Assembly: GCF_006345805.1 (NCBI RefSeq) | Contig: NC_043006.1 | Coordinates: 15,872,001-15,936,000, forward strand | DNA length: 64,000 nt | Direction of reading: 5' to 3' | DNA from: Octopus sinensis | Taxonomy: Eukaryota | Part shown: one piece after another, positions 39,357 to 53,708 of the stretch | Layout: every line of letters begins with the position of its first letter | Position numbering within the stretch: the first letter of the stretch is position 1 | Notes under the pieces: model-generated | Told to the model about the DNA's origin: nothing | Databases searched by the model: none | The model's input: only the letters and a program-made list of their open reading frames with translations | Position numbers and translations under genes: made by a program

Positions 39357-40214
39357 CCAGAACGGATGAATGTATGGAAAACAAAAAAAAAATATCTATA
39401 TAGATGTATCTATCTTTCGATGGTAAACGACCTCCTGCATGGATTCGACCTTCTTGTAGGAAATATACACAGTCATAACAAATATGCAGTGCACAAAATA
39501 CACTAAAATTTATCTTAAAGTGTTACTATTCACAAAAGTGTTTCTTTTTTAAGTTAGGAATAATTTAATCTATGACATTATGAAAGAATAAAGAGAAAGA
39601 AAGAAATTAACTTAAGATATACGATCACAGAGGACATTTACGTGATTTTACGTCATATAGTTTTCCGTATTGTTTCGATCACTGTATCTCTCATAAGGCG
39701 GTGTAAAACTATAGAACTTCTCTATAGCCAGTAGTATTACACTATCAGTCACGTAGAGTTTGATATAATACAGCTCGGAACGAATGAATGAACAGAAACG
39801 CAAAGTATTTTATTGGCAAGTTTCGAGGAAAAGTTATCTTGCATTCGTTAAGCTGGAATTAACTTCCTTAAAATCGGAAATAGGGTGCAAACAATGATAT
39901 TAGGTCCACTTCTACGAATTTTAGGTGCCCGATTCTCTTTGGGTATCTACTTCCGAAACACATTTATCTAATTACAATCTATGTGTGTATATGCTTATGA
40001 ACTATATATATGCACATTCATACACATTTATATTTATAAAGAGAGAGAGGAGAGCGAGAGAGAGAATAAGAGAGAAAGAGATGAGATAGAAGTACGATCG
40101 GTAGATAAAAGCTTTCAGCATATTCTGTAGTGTTTATGTATCCATTAATAGTTTTACTAATACAGATATGCATATGTATAGATACGCTCGTGTATAAATA
40201 GATGCACATATACA

Positions 40215-40278
<64 letters not shown>

Positions 40279-41578
40279 CATACATACATACATACATACA
40301 TACATACATACATACATACATGTGTGTATGAGTGTGTAAGACAAAGAGACACGCAGACAGAGGGAGGGAGATACGAACGTTATGAGAAAACAAAGAATAA
40401 GAAAATATTGAGAAAATATTCTGAGTGGACAATGGAATATATCGGTGTTAATTTTTTTCTTCTGCTTCAAGGCTACTAGAAAAGAAAATAGCTTTCACAA
40501 AAGATTTCAGTCATCTCAATGCTAAACACGTCCAATTTGCTATGATAAAATAACATTTTCTTACAAGTACATCGTTATCAAATTATTCTTTTAGGACTTA
40601 TATATGTTTAAATGTGCAGGCAGTAAGACTAACTCTTTGTTTAAAATACTAAACGAGAACTAGCATATAATTGCTGTCTTAGACTGGATTAACGAATCTC
40701 TATATTTTATTTGATAAGTATCAATATTTTTCATGTTTAATATAGAAGTATCCGGTAATCTTGTAATGTAAATATTATTTATTAATCGCAGGGAAGTTAA
40801 TATTTACTTGGAAATCTTGTTACAAACGGAGGCTTGCTAATAATCTCACTAATGCAAAGTACAGCTACTGGTTACAGAATCGATAGAATACTGGAGAAAC
40901 AACCCAAAGTTGGCTGATTCGTAGTTCATCGCCTGGATACAGCTTTCAGTTATATCCACGAGCAAGACACTTAACTGTCAGTTGTTAAATCTACGTACCT
41001 TTCAGTCGGTCCCGTATTTAATTTACCGATAGATTCACAGGCAAATATTGTAATACAGACCAATATTTCTTTGCTATGCATTAAAGAGTTCAGGTTCTTA
41101 TTGTGTCATGACAAGAAACATGTTAAAAGTTCCTCTTGGTTGAACTATATATACAAGTATGGACCACAAAGTAGTTGTTTATTTATGATAATTTTAATGA
41201 GTATGGAATTCTGTGTATGCATAAGATAAGGAAATCTATCAGATGTTTCATTGTAATTGCATCACGAAATGAAAGTGTCATTCAATGGCAATGTTATAGA
41301 GACGATATATGTCTGAATCGGATCTGTCGTTAATTTATATCATTTATCTTTCAATTGATTCAGTCATTGGATTGTGGCCATAGAGGCGCACCGACTTCAC
41401 AGTTTATGGAAGAATAGATCGAGCGCAGTATTCGTTATTCAAAGATGGTAGTTATTTTATCGGTCCTTAGCGGAATTATTAAGTTGTAGGGCGTAAAACA
41501 AGTTAGAACCGCTTGATATGCGTGATGTGGGTGACAAACACACCACACGCATGCATGCGCGCACATATTTGTACGCGC

Positions 41579-41615
<37 letters not shown>

Positions 41616-41859
41616 CAAAATGCCCCCTCCGTCCAATGGACGGTGCTGAATCATATCTGCTGAATAAAAAGCAATCAGTGTTTTCTTTTCATTGAAAAAT
41701 AATTAAGCATACCTTTATTTCAATAAAATTTTGGGTTTTATTAAACGAAGTTAAAGCAAAAAAGAACTTCTTGAGAAACCAAATTTTCTTTCCTTCCTTC
41801 ATGCCAAGTTTAAAGAAAATATTTCTTTTGCATCTTACATTTTTAGTCTCTTAAATATA

Positions 41860-42158
41860 GTGGATTCTGTGGCATTATTTCAAGGCAGCAGGCTTTTTTT
41901 GCGCAAACTGCACGTACATTTTTCTCGCATACGCGTAGTATCGATCGCAACAGCTGATGTACTTGCTTGTACAATTGCACGTTCCCACGACTTTATCGAT
42001 CGTATTCTCATCTGGAATCGATTTTTGCAATTTTTGCAAGTCTTATACACGCCCTGATACTGTCGGTGTCTACATATCAAATTTGAGTGCAATCGGATGG
42101 AGGATGCCCGAGATCCTAGATGACACACACACAGACAGAATGGATTTTATATAATAGA
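41860..42158 (-). mobile_element. Probable non-autonomous Helitron, 5' part
   Basis: Minus strand A|TCTATTATATAAAA..CTGTCTGTGTGTGTG start, same style as 25227-25529. No 3' CTAG/hairpin found; left boundary is approximate. Confidence 0.45.
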
Positions 42159-42183
42159 TATATACACATATATATATAAATGT

Positions 42184-42585
42184 AGGCAGCGAGCTGGCAG
42201 AGACGTTAGCATGCCACGAGAAAGGCTTAGCGGTATTTCGTCTGCCGCTACGTTCTGAGTTCAAATTCCGCCGAGGTCGACTTTGCCTTTCATACTTTCG
42301 AGGTCGATTAAATAAGTACCAGTTACGCACTGGGTCGATATAATCGACTTAATCCGTTTGTCTGTCCTTGTTTGTCCTCTCTGTGTTTAGCCCCTTGTGG
42401 GTATTTAAGAAATTGGTGTTTCGTCTGTCTTTACGTTTTGAGTCCAAATTCCGCTGAGGTCGACCTTGCCTTTCATCCTTTCGGGGTCGATAAATTTAGT
42501 TACAAGTTGTGTACTGGGGTCGATCTAATCGACTGGCCCCTCCCCCAAAATTTCAGGTCTTGTGCCTAGAGTAGAAAGGGATTTA
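42184..42585 (+). mobile_element. Two tandem SINE family B copies
   Basis: Full copy plus a truncated copy with the alternative tail. Confidence 0.85.
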
Positions 42586-43554
42586 TTTAAAACAGGATTC
42601 CACACAGTTTTCGATGTGACTTTCACTTACATATTATATTATATTGGTCAACTCTGAGTAATAGCAGAAATACTTGCCCAGAGAGCCGCGCAGTGGGGTT
42701 GAACTAAAACCATGGGGTTATACGAGAGCTTCTTAAACACACAGTCATGCATGCACTTAGGTATAATAACTTTTGAATTGTTTTAGTCTGTCAACTGTGA
42801 TGTACGGCATCACTTTAACACCCTTATTGTCTGACTAATATACAGATGTGTTAATTTACGATTTATTAATCAACGAAACTTTGCACAGTTATTATTTGTT
42901 TGTTGTGAATGCAAATGCCTGTCTGCGTTAAAAGCAATCCCATTAATCTAGAAGTTGAACTGATAGAATTCAAACAACAGCGTTATTGCTGAATAATAGC
43001 ACGGTTAAATGTTAAATATTTTGTTGGATAATACTTAGAATCCGGTTAGAATTACACATAGGAATACGTACAAGATTGTTCTCATTCAAAGAACCACAAG
43101 AATTGACTGCTCCATACATCAAAACATATTCGTCCATGTTCCTTGCTAAATGAATGTTTCATATAATAGAACAAAGATTCAATATTTATCTAATACTCGT
43201 AAGTTATATGCAACAACCAATCAATTTCGTTCCTCTGTTTTGTTGTTGCTTAGGAGACTCAAGGATCTCCTAAAGTGATTATAAATACGATGATTTATAT
43301 AATAGGAATAACAAGACCTGAAAGTGTCACCTCAACATTCCTGATTTTTCCAAAATTTCGCCGTCTATGAAAACATGAATTTATTTCAATCAACGATGGA
43401 ATATGGATGGCGAATTCAACGCAACGGTTCTCACGGAGTTTATATAATTTCTTTCACTCTTTTAATTGATTCAGTCTTTGGACCACGACCATGCTGAAGC
43501 ATCGCCTAGTACAATTACATGAATAAAATGACACCAGTACTTATACTTATTCTA

Positions 43555-44374
43555 TAGATATTCTGTGATGTGATCTTTGCAGCGTGGGGTTGCGTATTGT
43601 CTTGATAAAACATCACTCCTTTCCGATCTACTAAAGCGGGTCTTTTTTCTTCAAAGCTTGGTTCAAACCCTCTAATTGCCGACAGTACACTTGAGCATTG
43701 ATTATTGCATTAGGTGATAATAATTCAAAGTGAATTACACCTTTGCAATCTCACCAGATAGAGAGAAGAATCTTTTCCCCATGAAGTTCCCTTCTCGATT
43801 GTGGTTGCGCTTTTTCCCTTTTACCAAGCCGCTGTTTAAAACGTTTAACATTTCGATAGAAAATCCGTTTTTCGTCACCAGTCACAAGTCTTTCCGAAAA
43901 GGGTGAAATGAATTCACGAGAATGGAGAGAAGATCAGATGTCAACTCAGGATTTGCGGTTGCTTTCGGACAATTCACGAGGCACCCATTTTCCAAGTTTA
44001 GAAACCTTTGAAAGTTCTTGAAGATGATGATGAACAGTTGTATGGTTTGATCTAAGGTTTATTGCCAATTCTTCAACTGATAATGCAGAATTTTCTTCAA
44101 GTAATGTCCCAAGGAGCTTATCATCAAACTTAACTGGACGTCCTGTTCGATCTTCATCTTTAATGCTGAAATCTCCACTTCTGAAGTCTGCAAACCATCT
44201 TCTGCAAGTTTTTTCATTCAAGCATTCTTTCCCAAAGGCTGAGTGTATGTTTCGAGTCCTTATAAACTGAGTGTATGTTTCGCGGCTACAGAGTTTCCTT
44301 TTTTGGTACTCATAAAGCATTATGTGCCTCAAATCCTCTTTAAATACTTCTATGTTAGAAAGTGTTTTGATCAA
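43555..44374 (-). pseudogene. Decayed mariner transposase, 3'-truncated before the third catalytic Asp
   Basis: HTH region CRRWFADFRSGDFSIKDEDRTGRP and GKWVPREL (WVPHEL). In-frame continuation past stops gives LVTGDEK, LHGEKILLSIW*D and FYQDNTQPH. There are three in-frame TGA stops. Confidence 0.92.
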
Positions 44375-44599
44375 AGAAATTTTAATTCTATTATTCTGTA
44401 AAATAATATTTAATTAGTTTAAATGTACACAAATGCATAAAAATAATTTTGAATTCCATTAGACATTCTAAACTACTATTAAATTTCATTCAATTTCAAA
44501 GAAGGTAAAATCGAACAGCGTGCATTGGGGCTCAGTTCGAATTCTCGTGGTTGCGAAGTAAAATGCTGGGTATGAAGGAAAGTGACTAAGGTGACACTT

Positions 44600-44960
44600 G
44601 TTTACTGGTTTTGCTTCAACAACCCGGCGAAGAATTCTTGCAGTTCCAAGCAATGCTGATATTTGTAGGTGCTCTACCTTCACACTTGCACCAATTTTTT
44701 TCAACCATGCTGGTAGTTGAGTGTTGATGCTTCCAAGTGCACCAATTACTATTGATATCGCGTTTACTCTCTTCATTGACCACAACCTTCATATTCCTCA
44801 CTTCAAATCGTCATAGTTGTTTATTTTTTCTTCTTCTTTCACATTGATCTTGTTGTCACCGGGGAATGCTATGTCGATTATCATACATGATCTTTCTCTT
44901 TTTTTTCTTATTCACCACATCAATGTCCCGTTTTGTTCTGAACCTATTGTTGAAAGTACA
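44600..44960 (-). mobile_element. R4/Dong-like (RLE) non-LTR retrotransposon, C-terminal fragment
   Basis: CMIIDIAFPGDNKINVKEEEKINNYDDLK...IVIGALGS...ALLGTARILRRVVE, the typical restriction-like endonuclease C-terminus. Confidence 0.85.
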
Positions 44961-45197
44961 TGTATTTCCTCTTTCTCTCTATTTCTCTCTCTCCCTTTCT
45001 GTCTGTCTGTCTCTCTCTCCCTCTGTGTTTTACCACCACTCTCCCCATGTCTTTCTTCTCTCTCTTTCTCTCTCTCTCTCTCTCACTCTATCACTTTCTT
45101 CACGGCTTTTGAAGAACACTTGTTGAAGTTTCTTAAGCCGAAATCACACTTCCAAAGAGTAAGCTAGTTTTCCGTTAAATTCAACTTAAACTATCAT

Positions 45198-45232
<35 letters not shown>

Positions 45233-45248
45233 TTACTACTACTACTAC

Positions 45249-45283
<35 letters not shown>

Positions 45284-45931
45284 CTATTATTATTATTATT
45301 ATTACAGAGAGAGAGAGAGAGAGAGAGAAAGAGCAGTGCATGCCATCAATATGACACTGGGGTAAAATATACGAAGCCCAGTATACCCATCATGACTACC
45401 CGTCTGATAAGGGTACACTAGGCACATGCATCACAACCATATGTGCACGACATGGCGATCTCATATCAAGATAAACAGCACATGACCCTGCAGGTGGGAG
45501 CCAGTTAGAATTTTCTTCTGGTTGAGTAACCCATCCCGCTCAAAAGGCCTCCGAATAAGGTTTGTTTAATGATGTTGAACGAACCGCCCATGTTTCCAGA
45601 GGTGAATTATTCAAACCCCAAAGAATCCCTCTCAACACATGGCTATGATGCTCCCCAACTACTTCTGCTCGTGATCAGAGACGCACATATCGTCAGCCAC
45701 TAAGGGACATGCTCAACTGGTTAAGGTCAAACAACTGACAAGCAAATCTGTGGAATTGAGAGGAAGATTTTCTGAAGCCCATCTTTTGTTCTGTTACTGC
45801 TTATATTGTGTGTTGAGTGAGCAATGCTTTGGTTTTGTAGCTTGCTGGTGGGAGTTTATTTCACTGGGTAAATATTGTATAGAGTGTATCATGTATTTGT
45901 GGGTTGTTTTGTTTAGATTATATTATTGGAT

Positions 45932-46740
45932 TCATAGTGTCTTGCGTAGGATGTGGGCTGTTCCTAGCGGGGCTATTTTTTGGACAGTGTGTAGTGTTGA
46001 GGATCCAGATATAACTTCTATATTTTTGCTCATATGATTTTCTATCAACCCCCATGCTCCAGTTACCATTAGTATTGTTTTTACCACGTTTTGAATACAT
46101 CAATTTCGAAGCCTTTCTACTTCGACAATTTCTTCACTTCTTTTTTGACAATATTTTGATCAGAAGAAGGGACTGCAATGTCTATCAGTAAGCAGTTGTT
46201 TTTCCCCAATCCTTGACTATTATGTCTGGACGATTAACTTTTACTTCTTTGTCGGTTTGAACCGGTATATCCCAGATGTTTATGGCCTGACCGTTGTCTT
46301 GTATATTGCATGACACGTGCTTATACCATCTACTGTCAGTTTTGTTGTTGTAATTTTGATATATTGTCCAGTGGATATAACTGCTTACTTTGTCGCGTCT
46401 GTATACATATTCAGACTTGGCAAGGACTGGGCAGCTCAAGATGATGTGGTCAACTGTCTCATTGTACTGGCTGCACATTCTGCATTTGGTGTTGAGACTT
46501 GTTTTCATCATTTTGTTATTGTAATTGTTTATTGTCATGCATTGATCTTGTGCAGTGAGAATCATTCCTTCTGTTTCGGCTTTTAGTTCAGAGCTTTTGA
46601 GCCGTTCTTGGTTTTTACTTAGACTTACTTCTTCTCTGTCAAGCCTTGCAAGATATTGACTCTAGTGTCAGTTTTCATGTTGTTTTGGTATCTTTGACCA
46701 TTTCTGCTATGTTGTCACCTGTGTGTACAAAGTGGTGATT
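45932..46740 (-). mobile_element. R4/Dong-like retrotransposon, 3' fragment (second subfamily)
   Basis: LKAETEGMILTAQDQ, CCHC knuckle CRMC..ETVDHIILSC, NRPDIIV, LIDIAVP and QKIAPLGTAHILRKTL*, with stops. Confidence 0.9.
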
Positions 46741-46744
46741 CGCT

Positions 46745-46880
46745 ATTCTTATCTATTTAGAACTTGGTATAATTAGTTCTCAGAGCTTGTTCCTGAGCGC
46801 TGCATATCGATGCCTCAGTGCATCCATTCAGATCACCTTTTCTTAGCCATCTTCAAGTGCAGATTTTGTCTTTTCCTTCG
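46745..46880 (-). mobile_element. Short R4/Dong-like fragment
   Basis: RWLRKGDLNGCTEASICSAQEQALRTNYTKF*IDKNSESPLC. Confidence 0.75.
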
Positions 46881-46984
46881 ATTTCTCTGAGGTATTGCCC
46901 ATTATTTTTCCACTTGTTTACTCTTGCTTCTTCATATTGTTCCTTAAATGTTTTCATTATTATTGTTATTATTATTATTACTAT

Positions 46985-47176
46985 GGCGGTGAGCTGGCAG
47001 AATCGTTAGCAAGTCGGGCAAAAGGGTTACCAGCATTTCGTCCGTCGTTACGTTCTGAGTTCAAATTCCTTTCATCATTTCGGGGTCAATAAAATAAGGA
47101 CCAGTTGAGCAGTGGGGTCAATGTAATCAACTATCCCCCTCTCCCAAATTTCAGATTTTTTGCCTATAGTAGAAAG
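46985..47176 (+). mobile_element. SINE family B, internally deleted
   Basis: GGCGGTGAGCTGGCAGAATCGTTAG head. Confidence 0.75.
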
Positions 47177-48291
47177 GATTCTTCTTCTTCTTCTTCTAGT
47201 AGTAGTAGCAGCAGCAGCATCAGTAGCAGTAGTAGTAGTAGCAGTAGTAGTAGAAGTAGTAGCAACGGCAGCAGCAGTGGTAGTAGTAACAGGAGTAGTA
47301 GTGCTTGTAGTAGTACTTGTGGTAGTAGTAGTAGTATTAGTTGTAGTAGTAGTAGTAGTTGTTGTTGTTGTTGTTGTTGTTTAACCCCAGGTCAGCCATG
47401 ATTGAACAGATTTACAACGAAATATGTTCCACCCGTACCCATCCTGCCTTTTTATACATGATGCCAATGTATCCTTCTTTACTGGATACAGTAATAGTTT
47501 GAGTGATATTTGGCCATTATTTAGAGCAGGGTCACTGACCCTTTTGGAACTCCCTTACTAGTAACTGTAGCCGTTATCTCATGGAATAGGTGTTTTTGTT
47601 GGTGCTAATAATAACGCTTCGTAAAAAGCAAAATATTTCCTTTTTTCTGAAATTTCAATACGAAAATTTCCCTAATTAGTTGGTCGGTTCGTTAGCGAGT
47701 AGGGTAAATGCTTATAGGATGTACTCCGGCCTCCTGTGTGCGAGAGGTTGAGCGACGGATTAGCGCATATAGAGGGTCGGATAGGAAACCATACGTTATG
47801 TGTTCTGGCTCCTTACGGTCGTGGTTCGATGGTCCAAAGGACGAGTCCAGGGTATAAAGCACAAACCATGTGGGGGCCTATTGCGGTACACTCTGTGACA
47901 ATGGGGAGAGCAGCAGCTAAATATTCCACATTTTGACTTCAAGAATGCATTCGCAGCAGGATTATTGTCGTTTCGACGAAACTAATGGTAACTGTCTGGC
48001 GGTTATATGTCATAACCAGCAGTATGTTACTCCACTATACAAAAGTGTAACTGCTCAAAATATTTTTAGTGCGCATTTATAGTAACTTATGACAAATGAC
48101 CGATAATGCGTGTGTGTGTGAGAGAGAGAGAGAGTGCGTACCCTTGCGCACGCGCATTTGCAGGAGCATAATTATTACCATAGTTATGAAAAACGTAAAG
48201 TGCAGTTGTGTACAGTTTATAGGTAATTTCACCCAGGCCTTCTCCTGTCAAAAATTCCCTCAGGCTATAAGATGGCTGAGATCTGTATATA

Positions 48292-48702
48292 GGCGCAGGA
48301 GTGGCTGTTTGGTAAGTAGCTTGCTAACCAACCACATGGTTCCGGGTTCAGTCCCACTGCGTGGCATCTTGGGCAAGTGTCTTCTGCTATAGCCCCGGGC
48401 CGACCAATGCCTTGTGAGTGGATTTGGTAGACGGAAACTGAAAGAAGCCTGTCGTATATATGTATATATATATAAGTGTGTGTGAATATGTTTGTGTGTC
48501 TGTGTTTGTTCCCCTAGCATTGCTTGACAACCGACGCTGGTGTGTTTACGTCCCCGTCACTTAGCGGTTCGGCAAAAGAGACCGATAGAATAAGTACTGG
48601 GCTTACAAAGAATAAGTCCCGGGGTCGATTTGCTCGACTACAGCCGGTGCTCCAGCATGGCCGCAGTCAAATGACTGAAACAAGTAAAAAGAGTAAAAGA
48701 GT
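48292..48702 (+). mobile_element. SINE family A
   Basis: Near-identical to 6444-6862. Confidence 0.9.
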
Positions 48703-49924
48703 ATATGTGATGTTCAGGTTTGGAAATCACTAGGTTACTATTGGCAGGAAAAGGAGAATAATTGGAAGAGAATCTAAGGAGCATTAATTCTTCAGGAAAT
48801 GTTTACCACAGAGTCTTGAGTGAGTCAGAATAGTGGTGACGAAAGTAAGATAGAGATTGGTGTCTCATCTGATGTGTGAAGGAAGGCTGTACAACAGTCT
48901 AAAGCAGATCAGTAAACACCGTTGTTGTAAATATAGAAAACGTAGTGAGACGACACATAATGTTTGTCAACTGGAGGTTGTAGTCTGCTGTTCATGTTAC
49001 TGCGCAGAGATGGCGACAAGTTCGTAAATCAATTATAAAACAATCGGCTTTATTGGCGAAAACTTGAAATAACTAGTGTTACGATTTTTATAAATTCATT
49101 GCATTTAATAACATGTTAGAAGGTTCGTTGACAGATAGTACGCATGTGATATGGTGCTGATGAAAGAGACTAAGTTCTTACGTTTCCATGCAAAAAATGG
49201 TTTTGAGCTCAACTTTCTTGAAAATCAGTGCAGCTCACGAGACAATATGGTGGTTGCTTGTATATACGCCATTTGCAATGATTTTTTGAGGTGGAGTGAA
49301 GTGCGGCTTGTGTTGCTAAAAGTGATATCAATTAGGAGTGTCATGTAAATGTAATTAGGGGTGTCATGTAAAGTGTACTATGTAAATAAGCTTCTACTTT
49401 TAGTATTAAACACTGAATTATAAAACTAATGAGTTTCCCAACTGAAAATTTGCAATTCCAATGATATTTAATTTGTATATGGAAGTTAAAACCTATTCAG
49501 ACTCAAATTTGTCCAACGATGGATATCCAATATATCTGACATACTTAAGCAAACTTTATATTAATTAAGTATCTTTAATTACACGTGTTGCATGAAACAA
49601 GTTCTGAATACAGAAGTGAAATTGTAATGTACGAAGCAAGTTGACGTTAGATCCAAACTAATTTTTTAAAAATAAGTTCTAATATGACTTCATTAATTAA
49701 AACTGTCATACCTTGTCTTAAATTAACATGATATGATTTCTAAATAGCTTTAATTAATTAAAACGATCACAATTTTTAATTAGTTGAAACAATCAGTGTT
49801 TGAAGCTAATTTCAATTTTTTTATGGTATCGATCTGTCAACTTCAAATTCACCATTAGTAAAATATTTTGCAATTTGTCAATATAAATATTAAAATATAT
49901 ATAAATACACACACACCTGCACGT

Positions 49925-50052
<128 letters not shown>

Positions 50053-51739
50053 GTGTCAAAGAAAAAATGATAGATAAAGAGAATAAGAAAAGGTAAAAAT
50101 AATACGTGAAATCCGAATTTCGAAGGAGCCTTCTAATGTGTTTAAAACTTTTCCGATTTTATCTAAAAAGGTGTATCGAAATTAATGTGCTTCAATTAGC
50201 CTATTGATAGGAAATTACGTAATAACTAATCAATGCAGAGTTATTTGTTCGAATGTATCTTATGTGATCTAAACTGCACCCCATTCATTGCCATTTCAAA
50301 AGCATTATGGCATTTCCCCTTTTGTTTATGATAATTTCCCTTAGTTTTATTTCTGAGGAAAACATTGCATGAAAGTTAAAATCACAATCTTTCTCAATGA
50401 TTATTAATAATCCATAATTGATTGAAACGTCATCATGCTAGGTGAAGAGGCATTACTTTAAATATAGTCCTCATGCAAGATTGCCAAGTAAGAGAGACTG
50501 AGATGAATAAGTTAATAAGTATAGAGACACAGGGCGTCACAGCTGCGTGTCTTTGGCCTTAGTGAGAAGTATTCTCATGTGGAATTGTGAGCGAAGTGTT
50601 ATTCTAATAGACACTCTTATGTTACCGTCACTTGCAATCTTTGGAAGGAGATATAAATAGGTTCCGAGAAAGTGATTTGGGCGCAAGTATGAGCGTTTGG
50701 GGGAAAAGTTTACTTTGCAGCCAGGCGATTTAAGATTCATTCCCAGATCGCAGCACCTTGGACAAGTGCCTTCCACTTCAGCTCCGAGCCGACCAATATC
50801 TTACCAACATAGTAAAAGAAAACTATATATGTGTGAGTGTAATAAGTAAAAAAACGAAGTTGCTGGTATTACATTTATGTCATATGTGACTCTATGTATG
50901 GGTGCGTGTGTCTGTCTTTGTGTTCGACCTCACCCCACAGCTTGATGATCGAAGTTTGTTTAAATTCTCGTATCTAGCAGTCTGGAAAAAGATCCAGATA
51001 CAATAAATACCATTTTGGCCAAATAAATAGATCAACAAAATAAATCTTTAAAATAAGTACTGGGTTTGAGCCCAATATATATATATATATATATATAATT
51101 CAATAATGAAAGATGTTATTCACACCATATGGAAAACATATACTATAAAAACATTATTCTAAAAATCAATAAAGTACATAAACAATAAATAGTAAATAAA
51201 ATCGATTTAAAATTTAATCGATCTAAAATTAATTTTATTTAAAAATATAGTCACTCATCAGGTCTAAAATAATAATATTAAAATAATAATACAATAAATG
51301 TACTTATCTTAAATTATACTAATTATCAAATATGTATAGAAAAATACGTATATTAATTATAAATAATCGAAAAACATTTTAAAAATTTCTTAAAATAAAA
51401 ACATAACTTATCTTAACGAAGGATTTCTGTTAACTAAAAATTTTAACGTAATACGTAGAGCTTAACTTTTTAAATAGAATTAATTTTAGGTCGATTTAAT
51501 TTCTCTGGGAGACCCTTGTTAAAGTAGAAGAAAGAGCTAAGGTTTTGGCTGCTATTTCTAAACTTCGGTATGTGGTAATGCAAATCTTTGCTGAACCCTA
51601 ATTATTAAGTATTACTTAAGTTTACCGTGAAATGGTCATTTTTTCATGCCGAATTCTACTCTCCCAGAGAAACCAAAATACTTGAAAACAATCCACACAG
51701 GCAGAGGAAAGTAACGAAAATCAATCAATATCTGGTCAT

Positions 51740-51820
51740 CCATGGACGCGCGTTTCGGAATTAGATCGGTATAAAGAATATAGAATTATACTTTACCAAC
51801 CATTTTCCTCATCAGCTTGG
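51740..51820 (-). ncRNA. Type I hammerhead ribozyme with canonical core and enlarged stem II
   Basis: Minus strand: CCAAG / CTGATGA / GGAA-[AT-rich hairpin]-TTCC / GAAA / CGCGCG / TC / CATGG, with one A-A mismatch in stem I. Predicted cleavage between 51745 and 51744. Confidence 0.62.
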
Positions 51821-52979
51821 CATTCCTCAATAATTACATATTGAAATATTAAATTCGAGGGTACTGGAATAATTGAACATATCTCTCCACCTAACGGTAT
51901 CAGACACATCATATTCAGTGTTAGTACCGCCGAATTCAAAATATGAATGAAGTTCATTTACCTTCCCCTGCTCATCCGCGTGTGTCTTCAAGTAAAATAC
52001 TACAGAAAAAAACTTCGGTATGAGGTAAAGCAAATCTTTGCTGAACCCTAATTATTAAGTATATATATATATATATATATATATATACTTTAAGTTCATC
52101 TATGGAAAACCATTTGAATATGCATATAAAATCTCCTTCTCTATTATGTGGGCTACAGCCTAGTGATGCTAACTGCTGATATCATGTAGTAATAATAGTA
52201 ATAATCATCCTTGGATGGAATTCATAAATATTTTAATGAATCACTACGACCGTTTCGACTAGTCATGTTTCGTAAAATCCTAACCCGTATTCCAAGAATG
52301 ATTGCAGTACAGTCCGTAGTAACCACAGATATCGAGTAGATCATGTTCGTGCATTCATTTCTTCGAGTGATATAGCATTAATGGATATTTAATTGTGGGT
52401 TACACATTTATGTGTAAACGCATATGTACATAGATATATCGATGTACATATGCGTAAGTATTCATTCATCCACATCATAAATATACATATACCTATGCGC
52501 GTAGACACGGGCACTGACACACGCGGGCAAACACGCACAGACACACACACACACATGCACATATATGCAAGTAGACATCAATAGAAATTTATGTATACTC
52601 ACATATGGATACAAACACATAAATCAGACACTTAAACATTTACACAACTAATTCAGCTCAAAGAGATGCATGTCTTGATTTTTTTTTCCTCCTTAACTCA
52701 ATATTTAATGAAAGCCGAATGCATTCGGTGATTTTGATACTATTGCTAAAGCCTTAATTACAGAAGTAACCCCAGAAAGGGGATTAGGCGCAATGTGTGT
52801 AGTGTTTATCTATTCATCTTCATGGTGGAGTTGTCACCAATATCGATAAGATGAAAAAAAAAAGCTAGTTCCCATTAAGAAACTACTGTAAACTTACTGT
52901 TTTGTAAAACAGCGATAATATCAATAAACATAAAATGTGATGGGGAAAATTATCACTGTAATTTTCTTACCTCGTTAAT

Positions 52980-53099
52980 TATTGATAACAACAACGATGA
53001 AAATGATGACGACGACAACGACGACAGTAGCAATGACAACAACAACAAAAACAATAACAACAACAACAACAATAACAATGATACTACTACTACTACTAC

Positions 53100-53144
<45 letters not shown>

Positions 53145-53209
53145 TAATAATAATAATAACAACAATAACAATGATAACAACAACAACAGCAACAACAACA
53201 ACAATAACA

Positions 53210-53256
<47 letters not shown>

Positions 53257-53283
53257 AATAATAATAATAATAAAAATAATAAT
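52980..53283. repeat. Compound trinucleotide microsatellite (AAC/AAT/ATG/TAC)
   Basis: Directly visible. Confidence 0.95.
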
Positions 53284-53291
53284 CATTTCTA

Positions 53292-53708
53292 CTATAGGCA
53301 CAAGGCCTTAAACTTTGTGGAAGTGGGTTAGTCGATTACATTGATCCTTGTGCTCCACTTGCACTTATTTCATCGATCCCGAAATAACGAAAGGCAAAGT
53401 CGACCTCGATGGCATTTGAACTCAGAACGTTAAAACGGACGAAATACCGCTAAACATTTTGCATGGCTTGCTAATTCTTATTTCTGTATTGCCCACAAGG
53501 GGCTAAACACAGAGGGGACAAACAAGGAAAGACAAACGGATTAAATCGATTGTATCGACCCCAGTGCGTAACTGGTACTTATTTAATCAACCCGAAAGGA
53601 TGAAAAGGCAAAGTCGACGTCGGCGGAATTTGAACTCAGAACGTAACGGCAGACGAAATACCGCTAAGCATTTCGCCCGGCGTGCTAACGTTTCTGCCAG
53701 CTCGCTGC
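53292..53708 (-). mobile_element. Two tandem SINE family B copies
   Basis: Reverse complements of both tail variants. Confidence 0.85.

Noticed and set aside
45317-45760. GC-richer segment between the R4/Dong fragments, probably an interspersed repeat
   Set aside because: Single copy in this window with no ORF or clear termini; cannot be classified from the sequence alone.
47700-47960. GC-richer island that might be a retroelement 5' UTR or ribozyme
   Set aside because: No hammerhead core or other definable fold could be built by eye.
52953-53311. Poly-Leu/Ile/Thr/Met ORFs
   Set aside because: Trinucleotide microsatellite artefacts.
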